Source: Macrostomum lignano
Taxonomy: Eukaryota
Length of the DNA: 64,000 nucleotides
Reading direction: 5' to 3'
NCBI GenBank assembly: GCA_002269645.1
Contig: NIVC01002298.1
Span: 87,970 to 151,969 of the forward strand
The notes beneath the pieces were generated by a model. It saw only the letters and a program-made list of their open reading frames with translations. It had not been told where the DNA came from and searched no databases. The position numbers and the translations under genes are program-made. How positions within the stretch are numbered: position 1 is the stretch's first letter; the number at the start of each line of letters is the position of its first letter. This document shows positions 40,346 through 50,864 of this stretch, one piece after another.

Positions 40346-41738
40346 TTTATGATTGGATATAGATATCAGTGCTTCAACTTTATTACAATTTGTTTATGAT
40401 ATTTATAATTAAGTTTGAATATCGGTCTGATATTAATCATATTTCATTATCGATAATCACTGTATTGAGTACACACAATAAATGGATAGCTATAATTTGC
40501 AATATCGGTCAGTGTAAATTTGTCACCGAGTAGACTGGTTGATCAACAAACCGCACTGGGGCTGCTGGAAGCTGCTGGAAGCTGCACAATCGCTGCAATC
40601 TTTGTCTGCTTTCGTTCAATGCGCGTTTTTCCTTTCCTCTGAGCCTGCGGCCACTGACGCGCCCGCGGGCCGCGGCTCTCGCGGCAGAGACCCAATATAA
40701 CCTGCCAACTCATTTTTAATAAGCTTATTTTGCCATTCGCGAACTTGTTTTGTTTTTGATTTGTTTTACTAAATTAGCTAATAATCGTCCTGAAGGTGGA
40801 GTCCCAGTTTGGCTTGTGTAGAAACACTACTCATTTGCTTTGTTATCGGTTGGACCAAAGTCATTCTGTGGACAAAGCTTTATTTATGTTTTTGATTAGT
40901 CAAAATATTTTAATTATATAGTTTGTAAACTTTACGTTTGTATTAGCAAAAATATTTGCTAAGCCTGCGTCTGGCTACTTACTCGCTAGTAGTATCATTT
41001 GCGCATCAATATATATTTAGATTATATATACAAAATGCATGCGCTAATGCTTAGTTTGGAAAGTGTTTTCTTACTTTTGTTAAAATCTGAATGATTTATT
41101 GCTTATTTATTCGTTTATTGAAATGCTATTACTGGCTTTATGCAGGTTGTGCCATTGCGCTTATCCAGAGATGATTATTTAATTAATAAATATATTGAAT
41201 TTCGCTACACCAAATCCCACTCTACCCACTCTCTCTTTATTCTCTTCTGCTTTCTGTTTTCTACACTGACTGAACTGCAAGAAAGTCAACTACAGTAAAT
41301 GAACTCAAGCAGCAGGTTTAAGGCCTGCTCTGTTTTGCCTGTGTTGCAAACAAATATACAATAAAAACAAACCAAATTGGAATTTCTTTTTTTGTCCCGG
41401 TAAAAAATGCGAGTTTTTGTTGCACATGTTTATTTCATATTTTCAAAAACAGTAAAAATCTGAGATGCAGAAATTCTTGTTTCTCCTTTGTTCAAAACCG
41501 GCATTCGTTCTCTCAATTTCTTAGAAACGAATTCCTGTTGAATTTCCACTTTTACTTTTGCTTCTCTATCAGTGTACTTTTAGTTGTCTTTGTCTTCTGT
41601 GTTAAAGCAATTTAGGGAGTCATCGAGGTGAGGTCAGGGGGTCATTTTTCCTGCAAAATCTTGGCCTCAAAAGATTGAAACTTTTGGCGGTTCATCCTCG
41701 CAGCTGCACCTCGCAAACACTCGCGCTGCTCTGTTGCC

Positions 41739-44045
41739 ATGGCTACTAGCGACTCGGCCAGTAGTCTGGAGGCCTGGCTGTCCTTGATTGTGGACGCGTT
41801 CACTGTGGTCATCGGGCTGATGGCGAGCCTGGAGCTGCTGAGCCCCACACGGCTGCCGCAGCTGCTCCGAGATGCCCTGCAGTTCGGCAAAGTTCGGCCG
41901 GCCGGCCGGGCCTGGACTGCCGTGCAGCTGCTGGAGCTGCCGAAGCAGCACTTCTGGCATTTCTACCTGGCCGGCCTGGCCTGCTGCGCCTGCCTGCTCT
42001 GGGCCGCCAGCTGGCCTGCGGGCTGGCTGGGTGGCTGCCTGGCCGCACCGCTGGGCCTGCCGGATGGTGCGTGTCTGGGGTGGGATTGAGGTGAGATGGC
42101 ATGAGATTTGGGGTGAGATTAAGGTGAGATGAGGTGGGATGTGGCGAAATTGGGGTGAGAGTGAGATGAGTGAGAGTGAGATTGGTGAGAGTAGCAGTGG
42201 TGAGAGTGGCAGGGGTGAGAGTGAGATGGGTGAGAATGGCAGGGCTGAGAGTGAGATGGGTGAGAGTGATACAGATGCTGGTTTAGCAGGAGTAGCCATG
42301 AGTCATCAGCTGCTCCAGCAACTACCTGCCGAACTCCGCAGTGTCCGCGGCACCCTGGCTGAGCTTCACCCCGCTGGTCCTGCAAGCCTGCCAGATGCTT
42401 CGCCGCCTGCTGGAGTGCCGGCTGGTGTTGGTCTACTCTAGCGGCAGCATCAACCTGCTGCACTACGGGCTGGGCTACGGATTCTACTGCTGCGTTGTCT
42501 GGTCGCTGCTGCTCCGGCTGCCAGGCGAGTCAATTTGCCGATATGTTGCGTAGATATCTTTATAAGAATGAAAATTTCATCGAGTATTTGAATTGCCGAT
42601 GGCAGAGTACAGGATCAGCTTGGCGCAAGCTATCGCTCACTCTGCCGTTCACGCACTGCTGGCCTGGGGTCAGTTTAAGGCAGCCCAGACTCTCGCCGCG
42701 TTGAGGAAGGACGGAAAAGGTGGGAGATTTCTGGTGCTTCTGCTTGACTGTGTGGCCTGTGCAGTGCGTTCTCTTCTGTCCGATCTCAATGCCGGAGCAG
42801 CTGTTCTCTAATTTCCCTAATCTGTTTTTCTTCCAAAATCCCCATTTCCCTAATCTGTTTTTTCTTCCCAAATCCCCATTTCCCCAACCTGTTTTTCTTT
42901 TCAAATCCCCATTTCCCTAATCTGTTTATCTTCCCAAATCCCCATTTCCCTAATCTGTTTATATTCCCAAATCCCCATTTCCCTAACCTGTTTTTCTTTT
43001 CAAATCCCCATTTCCCTAATCTGTTTATCTTCTTAAATCCCCATTTCCCTAATCTGTTCAGTTTATCTTCTCAGATCCCCATTTCCCTAATCTGTTTATC
43101 TTCCCAAATCCCCATTTTCCTAAGCTGTTTATCTTTCCAAATCCCCATTTCCCTAATCTGTTTATATTCATAAATTCCCATTTCCCTAAACTGTTTATCT
43201 TCCCAAATCCCCATTTCCCAAATCTTTTTATCTTCCCGAATCCCCATTTTCCTAATCTGTTTATCTTCCCAAATCCCCATTTTCCTAATCTGTTTATCTT
43301 CCCGAATCCCCATTTCCCTAATCAGTTTATATTCCTAAATCCCCATTTCCCTAATCTGTTTATATTCCCAAAATTCCTATTTCCCTAATCTGTTTTTCTT
43401 CCCAAATCCCCATTTCCCTAATCTGTTTATCTTCTCAGATCCCCATTTCCCTAATCTGTTTATCTTCCCAAATCCCCATTTCCCTAATCTGTTTATCTTC
43501 CCAAATCCCCATTTCCCTAATCTGTTTATATTCATAAATTCCCATTTCCCTAAACTGTTTATCTTCCCAAATCCCCATTTCCCTAATCTTTTTATCTTCC
43601 CGAATCCCCATTTTCCTAATCTGTTTATCTTCCCAAATCCCCATTTTCCTAATCTGTTTATCTTCCCGAATCCCCATTTCCCTAATCTGTTTATATTCCC
43701 AAATCCTCATTTCATTAAGCTTCTTGTCTTCTTAAAACTCGGTTTTAATGCTTGTAATTTTTTCCTCTAGGCGCGGTGATTCACCGCAAGCATCTGCTGC
43801 CGCAGGGTCACCTGTTCCGCTACCTGTCGTCGCCCCATTACAACCTGGAGATGCTTATCTACCTGAATTTGTTTTGCCTCGTCAGCGGCGGCGGCGGCGG
43901 GGGTGGCGGGCTGCTGTTTCACCTGCTGCTGTTTGTCCTGGTGAACCAGTCGGCCAGCGCCCTGCTCTCGCACGCGTGGTACAGGCAACAGTTTGGCAGC
44001 AGCTTCCCTGCTGACAGACGGGCCCTTATACCGTTTGTGCTCTGA
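41739..44045 (+). CDS. SRD5A3: Polyprenol reductase (steroid 5-alpha reductase 3 family), about 299 aa; exons 41739-42066, 42342-42524, 42606-42719, 43771-44045
   Basis: Motifs QFGK, PKQHFWHFY, RRLLEC, INLLHYGLGYGFY, PQGHLFRYLSSPHYNLEMLIY, NQSASALLSHAWY...FP..RRALIPF. Consistent phase-1 introns if intron 2 uses a GC donor; the exon 2/3 junction is the least certain. Confidence 0.9.
42830..43715 (+). repeat. 33-bp minisatellite in SRD5A3 intron 3 (ccccatttccctaatctgtttatcttcccaaat)
   Basis: Period 33 at 43441/43474; about 26 copies. Confidence 0.95.
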
Positions 44046-46321
44046 GCTTTGGGCTGCAATGTTGTACATTAACGCTGCTGTGCGAATAATATGCCACTGT
44101 TACATTTATATGCTCCTGCTGAAAATATAAATGCGTCCTTTGTTTACTCTTTCTACATGCCTACATGAATGCGTAACATTACGCATGTGATTGTTTCATT
44201 ACTGATGGCTACGTTAGAAAAGAAAAGAAAACATGTACCTAGGATATAAAATTAACATAGAATCATACTTTTATAGATGAAAAACTTTATGAAGATCAAT
44301 AGAGCGATAGGGAAGGCAACACATCAAAAATAAGCATAGGGTCTGTCTCCCATCAAAAACCAAAAATTTTCTGTTTAAAAAAGAAAACCTATCTCCATAA
44401 TGTATTTTTAGGTAAAAACTGCCTCCTAAAATTTTCAAGAAACGTAATTTCCTGTCATTCTACTAGAGTAGTCCTTGGATGCTACATGTAAATATAAATG
44501 CATGCATGTTACTCGTACTTTATGCACGTGAATATCGTAAGTTTTGGCTGAACTGGACTATAGTAATTGAATCCCAGAAGAAAAAACTGGATTACTTTGA
44601 TAATTAGAACTATAAAAATATTTATTTGCACATTAACAGTATGGGGCCTCTTCATAGTGCTTGTTCTGGTTCTAGAACCAGATCCAATTTGTGAAGTACA
44701 ACTTTTTTCTCCTAAACTAGAAGGATATATACGTGCTGTAAAGTTGTAATTATTGAATGGGAATAGCCAAGAAAGTAAATAATTGTGCAAAGTGAGCCTG
44801 ATAACGCAGTCAAACATTTAACAAATTAAAACAGTTATACGGTTTTTTTCTACAAAGATCCGATCCGAACTGACTCTGGTTCTTAAATTGATGTGAAAAG
44901 CGGTGGAAAAGCAGCTAATCCTTGAATGCTCAAACAAAATGCTGACTTCTGGAATTACGAGTAATAAAATAGTTTTGTAATTGCAACACTAGCTACTCGC
45001 TAGAGAAGTATGGGACTCACCAGTCTAAAATAACATTACTCCTGCGGATAGGCCTAGAATTTGTTTCTTTTCACTTATGTTTCTTGGAATCTCAGCCTCC
45101 GTTTCGAATTCGGAAGTCTAAGTTGCGCGATGTACATAAATCATGATGTATACTAACTACTGAATTTTTGATTTGCTTTGACTTGCTTTGATTTAGTAGC
45201 GATCTAGATAATTTAAATTACAAAGTTTAAGTTCCAGCAATGCAATGTCAATGAGCAATAGGCCTACAATTGAAAAGTTGCACAGTTACGTGCAATTTTA
45301 GAACTAGTAGTGTGCGCCACACAAAAATTACAATAGACTTAAAAAATACTTCAGAAAAATCCAGATTTTTTATGCATAATTTGTCTGGCTCTCTGCAGTC
45401 GTGGAATCTGAAGTTTTATGAGAGGGGTGGCACACGCAGCACAATAAAATTATATAACTTGCCTATTTTCTATGGAAGTACATTAGCAGGGGCGGCGGAG
45501 CCTAATATTTGAGGGGGGCACCAGGCACAGGGCAAGGGGGGCACAGGTACCTTTATAAGCTGCTAATTAGGACCTAAAATCTGAAAAAAACATAAAAAAT
45601 TACCACGTGGACTCATTTTCTGGGGGGCACATGCCCCTGGTGCTGCAAGCTCCGTTAGCTCCCACTGCGGCACTGCCCATGTATGATGTACATTAGTATA
45701 TTGTAATACTGGCAATCTGACATTAAATGGAATCTTATATCTGTAATGTGCAATTCTGATGGGTGTGCACTCTCTGCCCTCAGCTCATCCTAGATCTGCC
45801 CCTGTGTCTTTAGTCTTGAATCTTAGTCATCTTAAAAGATAATATCCAGCTAATATCAAACACCTTTGACTCAGTTTGAGTATAAATTAATTAATCTTTT
45901 TATTAGCACATAAAATGCATTTAAATGCAAGACCTCTTTAATTAGTTTTTTAAAATATATTGTTTTATATTGTTTTCCATTCCAAATGCATTATATTTAT
46001 AATATCTAACTAAAACTAGGCCTAAGTGGTTTGACTAGCCAGGTTTAATGTGTATCTCTTCCTAGAATCCTAGTTGGCTGCTAATTTATATATGGGACTT
46101 ATGTATATTATTGCAAAATTTCCTATGCAACTGTTACAGGGGTAACTTCTGTCCCCACAAATGATCCCACCGCTGGTACCAAAGTTGTCCTAGGGGTTAC
46201 TTCTGCCTCTATTAATAATCTCACAATGCCACCAAAAGCTGTCGTAGGGCTCTTAATTAATCCTTTGTCTAGCCTTACTTGCTGCCACAAAGCTATTTCT
46301 TCTTAACAATTCTACTGGTTA

Positions 46322-46445
46322 TTAATTGTCTTTCTACTGGTAGCGTATGAACTTCTATTGGTAGCGTATATACTTCTATTGGTAGCGTATGAACTTCTAT
46401 TGGTAGCGTATATACTTCTATTGGTAGCGTATGAACTTCTATTGT
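46322..46445 (+). repeat. 21-bp tandem array (ttctattggtagcgtatgaac / ...tatac)
   Basis: About 6 copies with two alternating variants. Confidence 0.9.
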
Positions 46446-47100
46446 ACTTTTCTGGCCTGAGCAGTCTATCGACACTGTCTATTCTATTCCTATGCTTCCC
46501 CTAATATTATTCTCTCAGTCCTGGGCGTTCCCTGGATCAGAGGGTCACAGCTCTAAGCGAAGTCTCTGCCCTGAGGCGGTCTTTCCCTCGCTCTGAGGCG
46601 GTTCTCCTGTCCTGAGGCGAATTTACTATTACTGCCCTGAGGCGATCTCTCGCTGTTAGCGATCTTCTCCCAATTTGAGGGGTAATTCTTATAGAAATGA
46701 ACAATCCAAATAAGAATGCTTTAAAGACTTCTTATTGAGTGAACTTATTGCTTCAATATTATTCGAACAAGCGAATGAAGCGAGCAAGTTGCTCTTCTTG
46801 GCCCCATCTGGGCTCCTATTTATACCATTTCGTATATATATTTAAAACAAACTTTGATTTTCTACAATATTATTTGCGCATACAACGTTAAAACAAAAAT
46901 ATTACTTTTTGGCGGAAATTTGAATATGGTAATTTCTAAGAAAGCAATTGTTCGCGTAGACTAAAAATAAAGCCATATTTCATACTGTAAAGCAGATATA
47001 TTACACTGCCTCACAACAAATAGGCCCCCTGCCCTAGGCTATTTTAATGTTGAAAAAATATTGTCATAGATCAATATCAAGACAATGATATGATATATTA

Positions 47101-48419
47101 CAAGGGGTGATCAAAAAGTTCTGCAACCTTTTGTTATAGCTTTTAGTTATAGAATCAGCAAAAGCCGAAAACTTACACATATGCGGCTATATCTGTTTGC
47201 TATATTTATATGCATTTTTGGCTTCCAAATGTGCCCCAGTAAAATTTCACAGCCATATATTTTCCATGTGTTTTCAGTAGCTGATGGAAACATCAAAAGA
47301 CAGTGTTCGCTTCTATATCTTTATGTGCATGCAACTTGGTTGCAAAGTGACTGATATTCACACCATGTTTTGTGAATGTTTTAGCTGACTTTGCTCCATC
47401 ATTTGACACAGTTGCCCGCTGGCTGCGCCATTTCTTGGAAGGCTGGGACAGCTTCAACGATGAACCGAGGTCTGGCTGACCCCGGACATCCGTGACCGAA
47501 GATGTCGTGGCCCATGCCGATGCAATAATTCGTGAGGATTGGAGCATTATGCTGAGGTTCCTTGCCTATGAGCTTGGTGTCAGCTATGGAAGTGCTCATA
47601 ACATCATGCATGAGCAACTGGGCCGCACAAAGACTTGCGCTCGGTGGGTACCCCATCTTCTCACTCCGGAGCAGCAAGCAGAGAGGGTGCGCATCTGTCG
47701 CTTGTGGCTGCAAATTTTTGAGCCCCACGGCCCACAACAACTGTTGGATGTCATCACAGGAGACGAATGTTGGATCTCCTTCTTTTACCATGAAGGATAA
47801 GCAGTCTGACATGGTCTGGCTGGCAGAAGATGAGCCAAGGCCTGAGGTGCTGAAGACTAGATTCTGCAGTTGGAAGTGGATGTTCACCATTTTTTCAACT
47901 CTCAGGGTGTTGTATCGGTAAACATCCTTCCAGCGGGTGCCACAGTGACTGCCAGGTACTACACAGACACTGTTCTGCCAGGCGTGCTGCAGGAGCGGCA
48001 GGAACGTGCGCAAACCAGGCATGGACCTCGACTCCTGCTGCACCATGACAATGTGGCACCGCACAGGGCGGCATCAACCATGGCGTACCTGGAGCAGCAG
48101 GGGGTCCGGCTGCTGCCCCATCCACCCTACTCTCTAGACCTAGCACCTTCCGACTTTTGGCTGTTCCTGAGGATCAAATCCGTCGTTTCTGGGAGGCCGT
48201 TTTCACGCATGCAAGACTTTGCCCAAGCGGTACATTCAGCTCTACAGGGTATACCAACTCTGGAGTACCATGACTGCTTTCAGACATGGTGCACACGCAT
48301 GCGACGGTGCATAGATAGTGGTGGAAAGTACTTTAAGGGAATGTGACACTGATTAGACGCCTCGGCTGCTGTAGCACTGAGTTGTGAGGTCACTTGCAGA
48401 ACTTTTTGATCACCCCTCG
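47101..48419 (+). mobile_element. Full-length decayed mariner (DD34D; TIR resembles irritans/Hsmar2 type), 1319 bp
   Basis: 26-bp TIR caaggggtgatcaaaaagttctgcaa with 1 mismatch; TA at 47099-47100 and 48420-48421. Transposase motifs WVPHLL, TGDECW, HHDNVAPH, PYSLDLAPSD (34 residues); in-frame stops and frameshifts. Subfamily call is from memory of TIR sequence. Confidence 0.94.
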
Positions 48420-48599
48420 TATTAATAAAGGTAATGTAGGCCTATAGTAAGATAAAATTATTGGAGCTATTTTTAATTAATATATATTAATATATATTAT
48501 TTCATTAGGGCCTAATTTTTAATCAATTTTATTTTATGAATATTGGATTAATAATATAAAAGTATAATAGTATAATAAAATATAGATTATATAAGTTAT

Positions 48600-49830
48600 A
48601 TATATATAAGGACGCAAAGATATTATGGTGGGCGTCTTGCGCGCACGCGCTCGCAGAAGAGACGAGAAGGACAGTTTGTTGCAGATTGTGGGGTCAGGTT
48701 AATGGCTTGAAGGTCAGACTCAAGCGTGGCGGTCAGCGTGACAGTCTGGCCTTGGCCCCAGTGGTGTGATTCAGGCGCGAATTCGCGCCAGGCGCAAAAA
48801 TGGCGCGAATGCGCGAATCCTGGGGGTCTGGCGCGAAATTTTGTGGAACCATGGGCGCGAAAATTGCATTCTTATTTTCTGCTTTTTACACTTATTCTCT
48901 TGTCAGACAGTATGAAATACAAGAATGTCATAGCTTAGGAGATTAATCTAACAAACTGAGTTCAATCTCAGGCGTCAGCAGCAGAAGAAGAAACAGAAGG
49001 AGGCAGAGAAGCTAGCTGAGCTCGTCTTAAAGCGCAAGGCTGCTGAGCTGCTGTCAACGTCATCAATCACCAGCACGAGCAGTCGTCTGCCTGCAGACAT
49101 CGCCAACAAGAAGTTCAGGGGGGACACGGCTGTGACTTAAGAGATATGCTAATTGGTAACCAGACGCATCTTCAAAAGTGTCATCAATTGACTTATTTGG
49201 CTGTCAGTAGAATATTATTGGCATGGCGCGAAAATTTTCAGTCGGCGCGAAATTTGGCAAACTTTCCAATCACACCACTGCTTGGCCCCGTCGGAGACGC
49301 TCGGTTGGCTGATGCAGCAGGGTTAGCGCCAGCAGGTTTTGCTCTCCTCTGCCATAGCTGCGGAGGCAGTGGCTGACGAGCATTAGCCAGTGCCGCTGGA
49401 GAGTGGCACTGAGCTGAGGCACACGGGCTCTCGCCATCAGCTGGTCCGTCGGCAGCCGCTCTGGATAATGGATGCCAAGGGCGAACCGCAGCAGCAATCG
49501 GTAGGCAGCGTCCAGGGCTCGGGACCTCGAGTCGGTCATTGGCACTGCCTCCAGTCTGTACAGGAAGATTGGCTCTACGGCAGCGCGGAACAGGCGCATC
49601 TTCAGGTCGTCGTTGGCAGCTGAGCTGAAGACCTCCCTAAGGAGATGAGCCGCGCGCCAGGCCTGTGACCTCTGGTCGGCGATGATGGAGTCAGGGCTCA
49701 TCACGAGGGAGCCCAGGTACCGGAAGTCTCTGCAGGCTGAAATGATTTGTCCATCTGGTAGGGTCAGGATTGGTGCTGCATTGGTGCCCACGTGCAGCAC
49801 TTCCGTCTTGCGTGCGTTGATTTGCAGAAG
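48600..49830 (-). mobile_element. 5'-truncated RTE-like non-LTR retrotransposon (3' end of RT ORF plus TA-rich tail), interrupted by a hAT MITE
   Basis: Minus-strand peptide LQINARKTEVLHVG...FRYLGS...KMRLFRAAVEPIFLY...HCLR; after removing 48759-49288 the ORF continues GQTVTLTATLESDLQAINL...RRPP to TAA at 48625-48623, followed by a (TA)-rich tail. Confidence 0.85.
48759..49280. mobile_element. Non-autonomous hAT element (MITE), 522 bp
   Basis: Perfect 13-bp TIR cagtggtgtgatt / aatcacaccactg; perfect 8-bp TSD cttggccc (48751-58 and 49281-88); subterminal ggcgcgaa repeats at both ends. Confidence 0.93.
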
Positions 49831-50864
49831 CTTGCAGATTACAGATTGTAATATAAGTTACAATCCTATAAAGGTTATAATAGGAAAAGGAAAATTTACT
49901 TATTATACCATGTTTGGAAAAAATGAAATAAACAATTAATAGGCCTAAATATCTAGCATATCCTAGATTTTATACTATAGTCTAATTCTTTAAAGTTTTA
50001 ATTAGTTTAGATTAGCTTAAGATTAGTGATTAGCTAATCTTGGGATCAAAAAAAGATTTTTAAGCTTCTGAATCAAAATTTTAAAGCTTAGTAAAAGCTA
50101 TACCTAACCGAAGTATTTTTTTCTTAGAATTATGAAATACAAATATATCAGCTTTTAGCTTTTAATTAATCTACAATTTAAAATCTTATGATGAGTTTGT
50201 CAATTTCTATATTTCTATGGTCTTACAATTACAATTTTGGCAATAATATTTGTTTTGAAATAGCTTTTTTGTCCTAATAATTTATTAATTTATAGTCCAA
50301 CCTATAAATACATAAAGAAATCAGTGGTAGCAAGACAATTTATAGAGTTTAGCAGAGTATTAAGCATTAATGAAGCATATAGAATATAGGAAATAAAATG
50401 ATATATGAATTCAGTTTTTTGCATTTGTTATGGAAGAAACATAGTTTTGTCTTGGGATTTATGAGCTTAAATATGGATTTAAGAGCCCAGTCCTATAATC
50501 ATTTGATTGCAATCCCTAATTGCAACCTCTTCATATAACTTTTTAAAATGAAAAATGCAGTATATAAAAGGCTCTTATTGCTCTGATAGCCTCTTCTGCT
50601 TATTTCCATTCTGTTGTCTTTTTGTGCTTTTAGGAGTGGCTTCATTTTTATAACTTATTTTGCTATTTGCTTCTTATCATGTATAGCTTTTGGCCATAGA
50701 ATTTTATTGTTACAAAATGGCTAAAATTATGTTCCATAGTAAATCATTCAAGCAAATAGTTCTTTATTGGAAAGCAAACTAAGCCGCCTGATTGTGGCGC
50801 AAGAGGCCCTTGGTAACTGACTAGAATAGTTTGGGATCGGGCAAGATTCTTCCCAAATCCCCAG

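Noticed and set aside
45487-45804. caggggc...gcccctg termini with ggggcac motifs, suggesting a small DNA transposon
   Set aside because: Only 7 bp of terminal match and no TSD identified.
46680-46884. Short LTR-like segment on the minus strand (TGTATG start, TATAAATA box)
   Set aside because: No clean CA terminus, TSD or partner LTR; kept only as context for the 46.2-kb PBS-like cluster.
48625-48700. ATG-initiated MVGVLRARARRR as the missing first exon of SNIP1
   Set aside because: It is the antisense of the LINE ORF 3' end.
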